Shown: positions 1-10,963 of the stretch, in pieces | Layout of the letters: every line of letters starts with the position of its first letter | How positions within the stretch are numbered: the first letter of the stretch is position 1 | NCBI GenBank assembly: GCA_963665325.3 | Contig: CAXXWS020000002.1 | Coordinates: 1,184,001-1,248,000, forward strand | Direction: 5' to 3' | DNA: 64,000 nt | Source: Alphaproteobacteria bacterium | GTDB taxonomy: Bacteria; Pseudomonadota; Alphaproteobacteria; Bin95 | Position numbers and translations under genes: made by a program | The notes under the pieces: generated by a model | What the model saw: only the letters and a program-made list of their open reading frames with translations | Databases searched by the model: none | Told to the model about the DNA's origin: nothing

Positions 1-1267
1 CTCCGGTGATATTGACCTGCCACAATCCGGGCGAGAAACCCACCCGGCGATCCTGGATGCTGTCCTGCTTGAAATAGGCCAACACCCGCCCGTTCGGCGA
101 CCAGGTCGGCCCTTCGGCGTGATAGGCTGAATCTAAGATCCTCGCTTCGGTGCCGTCGGGGCGCATGGTGCCGATATGGAATTGCCCGCCGAATATCTTC
201 GTGAAGGCGATGAGGTCGCCGCGCGGGGACCATACCGGCGTGGCGAACCTGCCCCTGCCGGTGGTGATCCGGCGCGGGTCCGAGCCGTCGGCATTCATGA
301 CATAGAGCTGTTGGGTGCCGCTTCGCTTGGACTCGAACACGACCCGGGAGCCGTCCGGGCTGTAGGAAGCCGCCGCATCGATGCCGGCAGTGTGTGTAAG
401 GCGCGTAAGCGCGCGCGTCCCGAGGTCCATCGAGAAGATGTCGGAATTGCCTTCCTCCTGGGTCATCGTGATCAGCACGTTGTTTCCGTCCGGGGAGAAG
501 CGCGGCGCATACTGCATTCCGGGGAACCGGCCGAGCGCTTCGCGCTGGCCGGAGTCGATGTTCAGGATGTGCACGCTCGGCGGCTGGTTCGGCCGGTCGT
601 AGGAGAGATAGATGATTTCCTGCTTCGTCGGCGAGAAGCGGGGCGTCAGCACGAGGTTGGCCCCGTCGGTGAGGTAGCGCGCGCGCGCCCCGTCCTGGTC
701 CATCAGCACGAGCCGTTTCCGGCGCTTGTCCGCCGGGCCCGTCTCCGAGACGAAGACGATGCGGCTGTCGAAATAGCCCTCCTCGCCGGTGACCTGCTTG
801 TAGATGGAGTCGGCGATCTTGTGGGCGAGACGGCGCCAATTCTCCGGCAGCGTGGTGTAGGTCACGCCGACAAGCTGCTGCTGGGTGAACACGTCCCAGA
901 GCCGGAACAGGGCGTGCAGGCGTCCGTCCGGCTGCATCGAGGTTTCGCCGACGACCAGCAGATGCGCGCCGATAACGCGCCAATTGTTGAAGTCCGGGCG
1001 AAGATCGGCGTCGTCGGGGCGGGAGAGGAATGCGTCCTCGGAGATTCCCCTGAAGAGCGCGGAGCGCTCCAGGTCGGCGCGAATGACATCGGCCATCTCG
1101 TCCCCGAATCGGGCAGCCTCCTTGTCCGCACTGGAGAACGGCGCAATCGCGACCGGCACCGGATCCGGAACGCCCTCGGTGATGTCGATGGTCACCTGCG
1201 CCGCAGCCGGCATGGCTGCCGCCAGCGGCACTAGGAGCGCGGCGAGACGGAGGAACGGGAGTGGCAT
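1..1267 (-). CDS. tolB: Tol-Pal system beta-propeller protein TolB (3' end runs off the window)
   Basis: Manual minus-strand translation from ATG at 1267: signal peptide MPLPFLRLAALLVPLAAAMPAAA, then QVTIDITEGVPDPVPVAIAPF; WD40/PD40-like motifs (TPRFSPT, WSPNG); lies downstream of tolQRA. Confidence 0.93.
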   Translation of the reverse strand, partial: MPLPFLRLAALLVPLAAAMPAAAQVTIDITEGVPDPVPVAIAPFSSADKEAARFGDEMADVIRADLERSALFRGISEDAFLSRPDDADLRPDFNNWRVIGAHLLVVGETSMQPDGRLHALFRLWDVFTQQQLVGVTYTTLPENWRRLAHKIADSIYKQVTGEEGYFDSRIVFVSETGPADKRRKRLVLMDQDGARARYLTDGANLVLTPRFSPTKQEIIYLSYDRPNQPPSVHILNIDSGQREALGRFPGMQYAPRFSPDGNNVLITMTQEEGNSDIFSMDLGTRALTRLTHTAGIDAAASYSPDGSRVVFESKRSGTQQLYVMNADGSDPRRITTGRGRFATPVWSPRGDLIAFTKIFGGQFHIGTMRPDGTEARILDSAYHAEGPTWSPNGRVLAYFKQDSIQDRRVGFSPGLWQVNITG

Positions 1268-1285
1268 GGTCTGCAGTCTCCTCGT

Positions 1286-2281
1286 CTATTGCATTCGGTG
1301 CGGGTCGAACCGCAGGGTCAGCGACTTCCAGAGTCCCATCTTGCCCGGAGGCACATCCAGTTGCTCGCAAAACGGATGGCGCAGCGCGCGTTCCGCGCGC
1401 TCCTGGGCGGCCCGGTAACTGCGGCTGCCCTTGCTGTCCACGGCCTTGATCGAGGTAACGCGCCGATCGGAACCGAGCGCGACCTGCAGCACGACGATAT
1501 GGCGCTCGGCTGGGGCGAGGCCAGGAATGGTTTGCCAGCAGCGTGAAAGCTGCCGAAACAACCGGTGCTTCTCGGATATGGTGAAGACCGGCTCCTCGGC
1601 TTCCTCGCGCGCAGGCGGCGTATCGTCCGATACGGCGCTTCGCAGGGTGTCGAGATCGTTCGGGAGCGCGGCCTGGCGAAGCGCCTTGAGTTCGTCGGGC
1701 GGGTCTGCCGGCGCGGCTTGCGGAAGCGGTGGAGGCTCCGGCGCCGCTTGCGGTTCGGGAGCTTTCGGGGCCGGTTTCGCCCGCGCCTGCTGCTGCGGGG
1801 GACGCTGCGGCAGGGGCGGTGGCTTCGGATCGGACGCCGGGGGCGCCTTCTCGGGCTCCCGCGGGCTCGGAGGGAGCGGCGCGACTGCGGGCGCCGGCTC
1901 AGGCTCCGGCAGCGGTTGGGGCTTCGGCGGCTCCGGGGCGAGTGCGGCGACCTGCACGGGCTCTTCCTGCGGTACCGGCTCGGCGGGCGGCGTCTCGACG
2001 GGCGGGGGCTCTGCTACCACCGGCTCCGGCTCGGAAGGCTTCTCGACAGGCGGGGGCTCTGCTACCGCCGGCTCCGGCTCGGATGCTGTGTCGGGAGGCG
2101 ATGGCTCCACCGGAGGCAGGGGTCCCTTCGCTTCCGTGCGCTCGCTCACCATCGTCACCGTGACCGGAATCGGCACTTCCAGAGGATCGGGCGCATCGTG
2201 CAGCGCCGGCAATCCCACGACGCTCAGGATCAGGAGGCCGATATGGGCAAGCGCCGAGATGAGCAGGCTTGAATGCGTCAC
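1286..2281 (-). CDS. tolA: TolA/TonB-like energy transducer
   Basis: N-terminal TM segment (SALAH), long Pro/Glu-rich linker, TonB-C-like end (LRFDP); positioned between tolR and tolB. Confidence 0.8.
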   Translation of the reverse strand: MTHSSLLISALAHIGLLILSVVGLPALHDAPDPLEVPIPVTVTMVSERTEAKGPLPPVEPSPPDTASEPEPAVAEPPPVEKPSEPEPVVAEPPPVETPPAEPVPQEEPVQVAALAPEPPKPQPLPEPEPAPAVAPLPPSPREPEKAPPASDPKPPPLPQRPPQQQARAKPAPKAPEPQAAPEPPPLPQAAPADPPDELKALRQAALPNDLDTLRSAVSDDTPPAREEAEEPVFTISEKHRLFRQLSRCWQTIPGLAPAERHIVVLQVALGSDRRVTSIKAVDSKGSRSYRAAQERAERALRHPFCEQLDVPPGKMGLWKSLTLRFDPHRMQ

Positions 2282-2718
2282 CGGGAAGTTCCCGCGGGCG
2301 GCAACTCCGCCATCAGCGACACCTTGTCGAAGCCTGCGGCCGCCAGCGCCCCCATGACCTCCATTACCCGACCGTAGTCGATGGCCCGGTCGCCGCGGAT
2401 ATAGACATAGGTGTCGCTGCGCGCGCCCATGATCGCACGCAGCTTCGCCGCGAGCCGGTCGAGGTCCACCTCGGTCTCCTGGATATGGACCCGGCCCTCG
2501 GCATCGACGGTGACGACCAGCGGCTCGTCGCGGTCTGTAAGCTGCGCGGCCTGCGTCTCCGGCAGGTCAACCGGCACCCCGACGGTGAGCAGCGGCGCGG
2601 TGATCATGAACACGACCAACAACACCAGCATGACATCGACCAGCGGCGTCACATTGATTTCGCTCATCGGGCTGTATCTACGCCCGCGCCGGCCCGGTCC
2701 TCCAAGGGGAGCGACCAC
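2278..2718 (-). CDS. tolR: TolR (ExbD family)
   Basis: EINVTPLVDVMLVLLVVFMITAP signature. Confidence 0.95.
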   Translation of the reverse strand: MVAPLGGPGRRGRRYSPMSEINVTPLVDVMLVLLVVFMITAPLLTVGVPVDLPETQAAQLTDRDEPLVVTVDAEGRVHIQETEVDLDRLAAKLRAIMGARSDTYVYIRGDRAIDYGRVMEVMGALAAAGFDKVSLMAELPPAGTSR

Positions 2719-2719
2719 C

Positions 2720-3451
2720 TCAGCCGGCCTCCGAGAGTTCGCGCGAGGTGACGGTGACTACATCGGCGACGAGCCCGTCCAGCCTCGCCCCGTAGCGGTT
2801 GATGTCGTTCGAGAACTTGTTGTAGGCGACGACCGCCGGGATTGCGGCGACCAGCCCGAGCGCGGTTGCGAACAGCGCTTCGGCGATGCCCGGCGCGACG
2901 ACGGCAAGGTTGGTCTGCTTGGACGCCGCGATGGCGGCAAAGCTGTTCATGATGCCCCACACCGTGCCGAACAGGCCGATGAACGGCGAGACCGACCCGA
3001 CCGACGCCAGGAAGATCATGTGTCGTTCGATACGGTCCATCCAGCGGCCGGCTTCGACCGTCATCACCCGCTCGACCCGCGCCTGTAGCGCCCCGCGGGC
3101 GGTCGCGTCCGCCAGCGTGCCGCTGCCCAACGAGCCTTGCAGTTCAAGCATCGCTTCGCCGAACACACAGCTCATCGGATCGCGGTCCTTGTGGCTGACC
3201 TCCGCATGCAGGTCTTCCAGGGAGGCGACCGACCAGAACAGTTCCTCGAAGCCGTTGGCGTCGCGATTGAGGCGGCGCAACCGGCGCCATTTGTCGAAAA
3301 TGATGGCCCAGGACATGACGGAGGCGAGCAGCAGCACCAGCATCACCGCCTTGACGACAATATCGGCCTGCAGAAACAGGCTGAACGGCGAAAGCGTGTC
3401 CGCCGCTGCAATCGAACCGGAGACCAGGCCCTGCACCAGTGCATCGTCCAT
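2720..3451 (-). CDS. tolQ: TolQ (MotA/TolQ/ExbB family)
   Basis: SPFIGLFGTVWGIMNSF and VVAPGIAEALFATALGL motifs. Confidence 0.96.
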   Translation of the reverse strand: MDDALVQGLVSGSIAAADTLSPFSLFLQADIVVKAVMLVLLLASVMSWAIIFDKWRRLRRLNRDANGFEELFWSVASLEDLHAEVSHKDRDPMSCVFGEAMLELQGSLGSGTLADATARGALQARVERVMTVEAGRWMDRIERHMIFLASVGSVSPFIGLFGTVWGIMNSFAAIAASKQTNLAVVAPGIAEALFATALGLVAAIPAVVAYNKFSNDINRYGARLDGLVADVVTVTSRELSEAG

Positions 3452-3458
3452 TGGCTGA

Positions 3459-3893
3459 CTAACCTTCTCTCAATTCATCCCGCAATTGGGCAAAAACATG
3501 GCGCAATCGCACCGGAAGCCGCTTGGGGCGGCCATTCTCGCCGAGCCTGGCGATGCGGATCCGAATCGTCACCAACAGTTCGCCAGCCCGCCATATACTC
3601 TGCGTCAGCGACATTGTCGCGCCGCTGACGCCCGTTGGCCTCGTGCGCACTTCCAACGCGTCGTCGAGCCGGGCCGGCCGATGGTAGCGAATGGTGCAAT
3701 CGACCACCGCGAACGCGATATGCCGGTTGGTGAAACCCAGTTGCCGCAGCAATTCGGTGCGGGCGCGCTCGGCGAAGCGAAGATAGGCGGCGTGATAGAC
3801 GATGCCGCCCGCGTCGGTGTCCTCATAGTAGATGCGGACCGGAAAGACATGGTCTTTCCGGCCGGGCTGCCCGCCTTCGGCGTCAGCCCCCAT
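3459..3893 (-). CDS. ybgC: YbgC/FadM acyl-CoA thioesterase
   Basis: [28 protein letters not shown] motif; start placed at ATG 3893; classic position between ruvB and tolQ. Confidence 0.93.
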   Translation of the reverse strand: MGADAEGGQPGRKDHVFPVRIYYEDTDAGGIVYHAAYLRFAERARTELLRQLGFTNRHIAFAVVDCTIRYHRPARLDDALEVRTRPTGVSGATMSLTQSIWRAGELLVTIRIRIARLGENGRPKRLPVRLRHVFAQLRDELREG

Positions 3894-4905
3894 CGAACAG
3901 GTCTCCCGCGCTCCGGGGCGGCGGAAGGCCGAGGCACTCCCATCCCTGCCGCGAGAGCGTGCGTCCGCGCGGCGTGCGCAGCACCAGCGCCTCCCGGATG
4001 AGGTAGGGTTCGACCACCTCCTCCAGCACGTCGCGCTGCTCTGCGAGCGTGGCGGCAAGCGCTTCGGCTCCGGCGGGGCCGCCGCCATAGACTTCCGCCA
4101 GGCAGCGCATGTAGCGCCGGTCCATGGCGTCGAGGCCGAGCCGGTCCACCTCCAGCTGCACGAGGGCGGCGTCGGCCGCCACCTGGTCGATCTCGCCGCG
4201 CCCTGCCACAGCGGCGAAGTCATGCACCCGGCGCAGCAGCCGGCCTGCGATTCGCGGCGTGCCCCGCGCCCGTCGCGCGATCTCGAGCGCGCCTGCATCG
4301 CTCGCCGGAATGCCCAGCAGACCGGCGGCGCGCGCCACAATGCTCGCGAGTTCCTCCGGTTCGTAGAAGTCGAGGCGCAGCGGGATGCCGAAGCGCTCAC
4401 GAAGCGGCGTCGTCAGCAGGCCGGCGCGTGTCGTGGCGCCCACCAGCGTGAAGGGCGGCAGGTCGATCCGCACCGAACGCGCGGACGGCCCCTCGCCGAT
4501 CATCAGGTCGAGCTGGCAATCCTCCAGCGCCGGGTAGAGGATTTCCTCGACCGCCGGGTTCAGGCGGTGGATTTCGTCGATGAACAGCACATCGCGCGGC
4601 TGGAGATTGGTGAGCAGCGCCGCGAGGTCGCCGGCACGCAGGATGATCGGCCCGGAAGTGGCGCGGAATCCGACGCCGAGTTCGCGGGCAACGATCTGCG
4701 CCAGTGTGGTCTTGCCAAGGCCCGGAGGGCCGACGAACAGCACATGGTCGAGCGCCTCGCCGCGCGCCCTGGCGGCGTCGATAAAGACCTTGAGGTTGCG
4801 CCGCAGCCGCTCCTGGCCCACGAATTCGTCCAGCGTCTCGGGGCGGAGCGCCACGTCGCGGTCTCCGGGCCGGTGTTCGGGCGCCACGTTTCGCTCCGCC
4901 GTCAC
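3883..4905 (-). CDS. ruvB: Holliday junction branch migration helicase RuvB
   Basis: [12 protein letters not shown], Walker [17 protein letters not shown]; GTG start at 4905 overlaps the ruvA stop. Confidence 0.97.
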   Translation of the reverse strand: MTAERNVAPEHRPGDRDVALRPETLDEFVGQERLRRNLKVFIDAARARGEALDHVLFVGPPGLGKTTLAQIVARELGVGFRATSGPIILRAGDLAALLTNLQPRDVLFIDEIHRLNPAVEEILYPALEDCQLDLMIGEGPSARSVRIDLPPFTLVGATTRAGLLTTPLRERFGIPLRLDFYEPEELASIVARAAGLLGIPASDAGALEIARRARGTPRIAGRLLRRVHDFAAVAGRGEIDQVAADAALVQLEVDRLGLDAMDRRYMRCLAEVYGGGPAGAEALAATLAEQRDVLEEVVEPYLIREALVLRTPRGRTLSRQGWECLGLPPPRSAGDLFDGG

Positions 4906-5492
4906 CGCACAAGTTCCCTGAGGCTCGCCCGGACAAGGTCGTCGAAGGCGGCCGTCTCGCCGAGGCTGTGCCTTGCCGCTGCCGCCGCTGCATGGGCCTC
5001 GGAACGCCCGTAGCCGAGGTTGACCAGCGCCGAAAGCAGCTCGTCCCCTCCGCCCGCTCCGGCGGCGGCGGGCACGGCGAGCGCCGCGGCAGGCATGGCG
5101 GCCTTGCCCTTCACCTCGTTGACGATGCGCGTGGCCAGTCTTGGGCCGACGCCCTCGGCGCGGGTCAGCGCCTTGCGGTCCTCGGCGAGGACGGCGGTCA
5201 GCAGTTCCTCCGGTGCGAGCGCCGAAAGCAGCGCCAGTGCTACACGTCCGCCGACTCCCTGGACGCCGGTCAGATGGCGGAACCAGTCCCGCTCGGCGGC
5301 GTCGGCAAAGCCGTAAAGCGTGATCGAGTCCTCCCGGACCCTCGTCTCGACCAGCAGGGTGGCGTCCCGGCCGTTCTCCAGGCGTCCGGCCGTGCGGCCG
5401 GAAGTGTGGACCACATAACCGACACCGGCGACATCGACGACCAGCGCCTCGCCGTCGCCGAGATCGACGGTTCCGGTCAGGCGCCCGATCAT
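4902..5492 (-). CDS. ruvA: Holliday junction branch migration protein RuvA
   Basis: MIGRLTG...VVDVAGVGY...LYGF...GVGGRVAL...LVNLGY. Confidence 0.96.
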   Translation of the reverse strand: MIGRLTGTVDLGDGEALVVDVAGVGYVVHTSGRTAGRLENGRDATLLVETRVREDSITLYGFADAAERDWFRHLTGVQGVGGRVALALLSALAPEELLTAVLAEDRKALTRAEGVGPRLATRIVNEVKGKAAMPAAALAVPAAAGAGGGDELLSALVNLGYGRSEAHAAAAAARHSLGETAAFDDLVRASLRELVR

Positions 5493-5986
5493 CCGGCCGC
5501 CGCCGCGAACGGCAGACGATGGGCATGGGCTATCGCTACCGCCAGCGCATCGGCCGCGTCCGCGCCCACGGGATTGCAGCCGGGCAACAGCAGGCGGACC
5601 ATGTATTGCACCTGCGCCTTGTCCGCCCCGCCTGCGCCGACCAGCGCCTTCTTGATGCTGCGCGGCGCATATTCCGCGACCGGCAGCCCGGCATTGGCCG
5701 AGACCACCAGCGCGGTTCCCCGCGCCATGCCGAGCTTCAGCGCGGCGCTCGCGCTGCGATGGACGAAAACCTCCTCCACCGCTGCCGTATCCGGCGCGAA
5801 TTGCTCGATGACACCGGTCAGGCCGGCGAAGAGTTCCGCCAGGCGGTCGGCGGTTTCGCCCGTTGGGTCGGGCTTCAGTTCGCCGTTGGCGACATGCGTA
5901 AGGCGTCCGCGGTGCGCATCGACGATCCCCCAGCCTGTCACCCTCAAGCCGGGGTCGAACCCGATGACCCGCTCGCCGCCGGTCAT
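5489..5986 (-). CDS. ruvC: Crossover junction endodeoxyribonuclease RuvC
   Basis: [18 protein letters not shown] and DAADALAVA catalytic motifs. Confidence 0.96.
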   Translation of the reverse strand: MTGGERVIGFDPGLRVTGWGIVDAHRGRLTHVANGELKPDPTGETADRLAELFAGLTGVIEQFAPDTAAVEEVFVHRSASAALKLGMARGTALVVSANAGLPVAEYAPRSIKKALVGAGGADKAQVQYMVRLLLPGCNPVGADAADALAVAIAHAHRLPFAAAAG

Positions 5987-6732
5987 CCGGCGAGCCTGGC
6001 GAGCACCTCGTCCGACACGTCGTAGTTCGCCGAGACGTTCTGCACATCGTCATGGTCGTCGAGCGCCTCGAGCAGCTTGAATAGTACAGCGGCAGGCTCT
6101 TCCCCGACGGGAACCAGGGTTTGCGGCTTCCAGACCAGCTGTGCCGCCTGCGGCTCGCCGACGGACAGCTCCAGGGCCTCGCGCACGGCGTGCAGGTCTT
6201 CCGGCGCGGTCAGCACATCGTGGCCGTCACCGTCGGAGACCATGTCGTCCGCCCCGGCTTCGAGGGCGGCCTCGAAAATCTCGTCAGTGCTGGCCGCATC
6301 CTCGGCGAAGCGGATCAGACCCGCCCGGTCGAACAGGAAGCTCACCGAGCCGGTTTCGCCGAGCGATCCGCCGTTCTTCGAGAACGCGGCGCGGACATCC
6401 GCGGCCGTGCGGTTGCGGTTGTCGGTCAGCGCCTCGACGATCACCGCGACACCGGCCGGGCCGTATCCTTCGTAGCGCACCTCTTCATAGACCGCGCCTC
6501 CGTCGTCGCCGGCGGCACGCTTCATCGCGCGGTCGATACGGTCGCGTGGCATGTTGGCGGCGCGGGCGGCCTGGATTGCGGACCGCAGGCGAGGGTTCGA
6601 TTCGGGGTCCGGGGAACCGAGCTTAGCCGCCACCTCGATCTCGCGCCCGATCTTGGTGAACAGCCGCGCGCGCTTCGCGTCCTGCGCGCCCTTGCGGTAC
6701 ATGATGTTCTTGAATTGCGAATGTCCGGCCAT
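5983..6732 (-). CDS. yebC: YebC/PmpR family protein
   Basis: [35 protein letters not shown]. Confidence 0.96.
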   Translation of the reverse strand: MAGHSQFKNIMYRKGAQDAKRARLFTKIGREIEVAAKLGSPDPESNPRLRSAIQAARAANMPRDRIDRAMKRAAGDDGGAVYEEVRYEGYGPAGVAVIVEALTDNRNRTAADVRAAFSKNGGSLGETGSVSFLFDRAGLIRFAEDAASTDEIFEAALEAGADDMVSDGDGHDVLTAPEDLHAVREALELSVGEPQAAQLVWKPQTLVPVGEEPAAVLFKLLEALDDHDDVQNVSANYDVSDEVLARLAG

Positions 6733-6774
6733 CGGCCCGCCGCCCCCTTGCCGCCGCGAATTCGGGAACCGTGG

Positions 6775-7596
6775 CTATATAACGCAGGCGGGCAGGGTCT
6801 GCGAGAGCCGGCCCCCGACCCGCACCGGCTCGGCGCTGATTGCAAGGCCGGTCCGGTCGTCGGTTTCGACGAATAGCCCGCACACCGTCGCCGGGCCCGC
6901 CGCCGGCTCCAGCCGTCCGCCAGACATCTTGCGCACGAAGCGGCGCATCGGCTCGTCCTTGGCCATGCCGATAACGGAATCGTAGTCGCCGCACATGCCG
7001 GAGTCGGTCTGGTAGGCGGTGCCCTTCGGCAACACCGTCGCATCGGCTGTCGGGACATGGGTGTGGGTGCCGACCACGACCGACACGTCGCCGTCGAAGA
7101 AGTGCCCGAAGACCATCTTCTCGCTGCTCGCCTCGCCGTGAAAGTCGATCAGGATCGCCTGCGTCCCGCCGCCCAGCGGGTAGCGCTTGAGCGCGCGCAA
7201 CACCGCGGCGAACGGGTCGTCCAGCGGGTCCATGAACAGCCGCGCCATGGCGTTGACCACAATCGCCCGGCGCCCGTCTTCCAGCACAACCTCCGCGAGG
7301 CCGCGACCGGGCGTGCCGGCCGGGTAGTTGATCGGGCGGAGCAGCATCGGCTGCTTCTCCATGTAGGGGACGATTTCCTTGCGGTCCCAGACATGGTTGC
7401 CGGAAGTCACGACGTCAGCCCCGGCCTTGTACAGTTCATCGACCATGTCCGGCATCATGCCGACGCCGTGGGCCATGTTCTCGCCGTTGACCACGGCAAG
7501 GTCCACGGTGAGCCGCCGGCGCAGTTCCGGCAGCTGCGCCGCCACGGCATCGCGGCCGGCCCGGCCCACCACATCGCCCAGAAAGAGAATACGCAC
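6775..7596 (-). CDS. YmdB-like metallophosphoesterase
   Basis: GDVVG, NGEN, TSGNH, DFHGEASSEK, GTHTH motifs. Confidence 0.93.
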   Translation of the reverse strand: MRILFLGDVVGRAGRDAVAAQLPELRRRLTVDLAVVNGENMAHGVGMMPDMVDELYKAGADVVTSGNHVWDRKEIVPYMEKQPMLLRPINYPAGTPGRGLAEVVLEDGRRAIVVNAMARLFMDPLDDPFAAVLRALKRYPLGGGTQAILIDFHGEASSEKMVFGHFFDGDVSVVVGTHTHVPTADATVLPKGTAYQTDSGMCGDYDSVIGMAKDEPMRRFVRKMSGGRLEPAAGPATVCGLFVETDDRTGLAISAEPVRVGGRLSQTLPACVI

Positions 7597-7597
7597 C

Positions 7598-8140
7598 CTA
7601 TGGTCTCCGTTCGAAATATCTGAGTCCGGTTTCCGTCACGATGCCGGCCAGCGGCCGGTCATCCGGTCCGACCGGCACGGCCGCCACTTCCTGGTCAGCA
7701 TAGGCCGCGCCGATGGCCAGCGCACCGGTCGCCGCGATGGTCCGGTCGTAATAGCCGCCGCCGTAGCCGAGGCGGTTGCCGCGGGCGTCGAAGGCCAGCA
7801 GCGGCACGAGCAGCACATCCGGATCGGCGGGCGGGCCGGTAGGCTCCGAAAGCCCGAAAGGACCCGGCGCCAGAGAATCGTCCGGCTGCCAGAGGCGGAA
7901 GATGAGCGCCGTGCCTCGAGGGCCGGTCACCGGCAGGGCAATCGGCCGGCCGAGGGCCAGCAGCAGCGGGCGAGGGTCGATTTCTCCGCGGATCGGCCAG
8001 TAGCCGGCGATGCACCGGCCTTCGAGCGCCGCCGTCGAGGCGAGCGCAGCCGGCGGGAACCCGGCCCGCCGCCTGCGCATTTCACGGCGCATGGCCGCTT
8101 TGGCGGAAGCAAGCGAAGCCGCCCTGGCCGTTGGTCTCAA
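7598..8140 (-). CDS. ygfA: 5-formyltetrahydrofolate cyclo-ligase (start codon uncertain)
   Basis: VPLLAFDARGNRLGYGGGYYDRT motif; downstream of 6S RNA. Confidence 0.9.
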   Translation of the reverse strand: MRPTARAASLASAKAAMRREMRRRRAGFPPAALASTAALEGRCIAGYWPIRGEIDPRPLLLALGRPIALPVTGPRGTALIFRLWQPDDSLAPGPFGLSEPTGPPADPDVLLVPLLAFDARGNRLGYGGGYYDRTIAATGALAIGAAYADQEVAAVPVGPDDRPLAGIVTETGLRYFERRP

Positions 8141-8279
8141 ACCAATCCTCCGGGACCCTCGCTAACGAGGTGGGCGTCGTGTGCCGAAACCACGGCTCCG
8201 GCAGGGACAACTCCCTGGAGTTTCAGTATCGGCCCCGAGATATCGTTAGCCTGACGCACCGGGCAGCTTCACCGGGAAA
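8125..8279 (-). ncRNA. ssrS: 6S RNA (ends approximate)
   Basis: Sits between zapA and ygfA (conserved synteny); the minus strand contains GGGAGTTGTCCCTG...CCGTGG...CACACGACGCCCACCT, resembling alphaproteobacterial 6S cores. Confidence 0.85.
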
Positions 8280-8588
8280 CTAGGCGGGCGCCAGCCTGGA
8301 CGCAACCGTCTCGAGCTTGTCGGCCAGATACTCCAGTGCCATGGCCAGTTCTTCGAGATCCGGCGCTGTCTCCTGCTGCCGGGCCGATTGCTCCTGGATG
8401 AGGTCGTCGGCCAGCATCACGCTCGCCATGATGACGAGGTTGAGGTCGTTGACCCGGCCCATCTGGGTCGAAAGCCTGCTTACTCCGGCGCTCAGCAACG
8501 CGCCGGCGGTGCGGATTCGCTCCTGCTGGCCTTCATCGCATGCGAGGCTGTATTCCTTCCCGTTGATGGTGATGGCGACCTGGGCCAA
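8280..8588 (-). CDS. zapA: Cell division protein ZapA
   Basis: [22 protein letters not shown]...[11 protein letters not shown]; start codon is TTG. Confidence 0.9.
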   Translation of the reverse strand: MAQVAITINGKEYSLACDEGQQERIRTAGALLSAGVSRLSTQMGRVNDLNLVIMASVMLADDLIQEQSARQQETAPDLEELAMALEYLADKLETVASRLAPA

Positions 8589-8593
8589 GGCCG

Positions 8594-8800
8594 TTACTCC
8601 CCGCTTTCGACCGCCGCGTCGAGGCGGGCGATGGCGTCGTCCAGACGAGTCGCGACCCGGCTGTGCAGGGCCCGGAGCAGGGTGAGTTCGGCCTCCGCCT
8701 CGGCGCTGCCGGCCGGGGCCGCATCGAGACGCTCCAGGGCGGTGTCGATGCGCGAGAGCGCTGCTTCGATACGCGAAATGGCCGCTTCGCTTCCGGTCAT
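8594..8800 (-). CDS. Small coiled-coil protein (DUF4164-like) upstream of zapA
   Basis: 68-aa heptad-rich ORF ([12 protein letters not shown]) in the conserved tkt/zapA divergent arrangement. Confidence 0.7.
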   Translation of the reverse strand: MTGSEAAISRIEAALSRIDTALERLDAAPAGSAEAEAELTLLRALHSRVATRLDDAIARLDAAVESGE

Positions 8801-8948
8801 GCGGTTTTCGATCCCCAGTCCGTCCTTATTTGATAGGCAGCGCGCGCCAGCGTCAACAAACCGCTGTCCTGCCGTGTTGACGGCGCGTGTCCGGGACGGG
8901 CATTTTGCCCCACCCGACGCCTCCGATCCTGGACCTCCTCAGATCCCC

Positions 8949-10925
8949 ATGTCCGCCAAACCCGATCTCGCCTCCATGGCGAATGCCTTGCGTGCGCTTG
9001 CGATGGACGCTGTCGAGCAAGCGAATTCCGGCCATCCGGGCATGCCGATGGGCATGGCGGACGTGGCGACGGTGCTGTTCACGCGCTACCTGCGCTACGA
9101 CGCCGCTGCTCCCGATTGGCCGGACCGGGACCGGTTCGTGCTCTCCGCCGGGCACGGTTCGATGCTGCTTTACGGCCTGCTGCACCTGGCCGGCTATCCC
9201 GGCATGGACATGCACGAGATCGAGCGCTTCCGCCAGCTGGGCAGCGCCACGCCCGGGCATCCCGAATACGGCCACAGCCCCGGCGTGGAGACCACGACAG
9301 GGCCGCTCGGGCAGGGCATTGCCACGGCGGTTGGCATGAGCATCGCCGAGCGCGCGATGAACGCCGCCTTCGGCGACGATCTGGTGGACCACCGCTGTTG
9401 GGTCGTCGCGAGCGACGGCGACATGATGGAAGGCGTGTCACACGAGGCTGCCGCGCTTGCAGGCCATCTGCGGCTCGGCCGGCTGATCGTCCTCTACGAC
9501 GACAACGGTATCTCAATCGACGGGCCGACGGCGCTCGCCATGACGGACGACCCGGCGCGGCGCTTCGAGGCCTGCGGCTGGCACACGACCGCCTGCGACG
9601 GCCACGATCCCGACGATGTCGCCCGCGCCATCGACGCGGCGCTTGCCGACCCGCGCCCCTCCCTCGTCTCCTGCCGCACGACCATTGCCCTGGGCGCGCC
9701 GACCAAGGCGGGGACGGCCGCCTCGCACGGTGCGCCGCTCGGCGCCGACGAGGTTGCGGCGGCGCGCGAGGCGCTCGGCTGGAGCTACGCTCCCTTCATC
9801 GTCCCGAACGACATCGCCTCAGCCTGGCGCGACGCAGGCGCGAAGGGCAGGGCGGCGCGGGAAGCCTGGCAGAAGCGGCTGGAGGCGCGCGCGGACCGGG
9901 CGGAATTCCAGCGCCGCGCGAGCGGCGCGCTGCCGGCCGGCTTCGAGGCCGCCATGTCGGAATACAAGGCGGGCCTGCTGGCGGACCCGCCGAAGCTTGC
10001 CACAAGGCAGTCCTCGCAGCGCGCGCTCGGCGCGGTAAATGCGGCCCTGCCGGAAACGATCGGCGGCTCCGCCGACCTCACCGGTTCCAACGGCACGCTG
10101 ACGCCCGGCCTCGAGCCCTGGAACGCGGACAATTACGGCGGCCGCTACCTGCATTACGGCGTGCGCGAGCACGGCATGGCGGCGGCGATGAACGGCATGG
10201 CGCTGCATGGCGGCGTCATCCCCTACGGCGCCACCTTCCTGACCTTCACCGACTATTGCCGCCCGTCTATCCGGCTCGCAGCGCTGATGGGTATCCGGTC
10301 GATCTTCGTCATGACGCACGATTCCATCGGCCTCGGCGAGGACGGGCCGACGCACCAGCCCATCGAACATCTGGCGAGCCTGCGCGCCATGCCGGGCCTC
10401 GTCACGATGCGCCCGGCGGACGCGATGGAAACCGCGGAATGCTGGGAGGTTGCGCTTTCGCTGAAGGGACCGTCCGTGCTTGCGCTGACGCGCCAGGGCG
10501 TGCCCGCTGTCCGCACCGAGCCGGCGGCAGAGAACCTCTCGGCGCGCGGGGCCTATGTGCTCGCCGATTGCGGGGACGAGCCGGCGGCGGTGCTGATCGC
10601 AACCGGCTCCGAGGTCGGCATCGCGATGGAGGCGAAGGCGGCGCTCGACGCATCGGGCGTGCCGGCGCGCGTCGTGTCGATGCCGTCCATGGAGCTGTTC
10701 GAGCGCCAGGACGCGGCTTACCGTGCCAACGTGCTGCCGGAAGGCCCGGTGCGGGTTGCAGTCGAGGCGGCCGCATCCTTCGGCTGGGACCGGCATGTGG
10801 GCCCAGGCGGGGCGGTGGTCGGGATCGACGGCTTCGGCGCTTCGGCCCCGGCGCCGGCGCTGTATGAGCATTTCGGCATCACCGCCGAGCGTGTGGTCGA
10901 GGAAGTGCGCGCCCGGCTCGGCTGA
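8949..10925 (+). CDS. tkt: Transketolase
   Basis: [39 protein letters not shown]; start placed at ATG 8949. Confidence 0.98.
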   Translation: MSAKPDLASMANALRALAMDAVEQANSGHPGMPMGMADVATVLFTRYLRYDAAAPDWPDRDRFVLSAGHGSMLLYGLLHLAGYPGMDMHEIERFRQLGSATPGHPEYGHSPGVETTTGPLGQGIATAVGMSIAERAMNAAFGDDLVDHRCWVVASDGDMMEGVSHEAAALAGHLRLGRLIVLYDDNGISIDGPTALAMTDDPARRFEACGWHTTACDGHDPDDVARAIDAALADPRPSLVSCRTTIALGAPTKAGTAASHGAPLGADEVAAAREALGWSYAPFIVPNDIASAWRDAGAKGRAAREAWQKRLEARADRAEFQRRASGALPAGFEAAMSEYKAGLLADPPKLATRQSSQRALGAVNAALPETIGGSADLTGSNGTLTPGLEPWNADNYGGRYLHYGVREHGMAAAMNGMALHGGVIPYGATFLTFTDYCRPSIRLAALMGIRSIFVMTHDSIGLGEDGPTHQPIEHLASLRAMPGLVTMRPADAMETAECWEVALSLKGPSVLALTRQGVPAVRTEPAAENLSARGAYVLADCGDEPAAVLIATGSEVGIAMEAKAALDASGVPARVVSMPSMELFERQDAAYRANVLPEGPVRVAVEAAASFGWDRHVGPGGAVVGIDGFGASAPAPALYEHFGITAERVVEEVRARLG

Positions 10926-10963
10926 GGCCCGGGGCGCTTGAACGAGCAAGGGAGACGAGGGCC

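Noticed and set aside
176-1234. 352-aa plus-strand ORF and many similar long antisense ORFs across the window
   Set aside because: Antisense shadows of real high-GC3 genes (here tolB) with no recognisable motifs
3459-6053. Apparent long N-terminal extensions or fusions of ybgC, ruvB and ruvA in the ORF track (also tkt and the S8 protease)
   Set aside because: The extensions overlap neighbouring genes in other frames; internal starts give normal lengths and stop/start coupling
8125-8279. Novel structured RNA between zapA and ygfA
   Set aside because: Explained by the known 6S RNA in its conserved position
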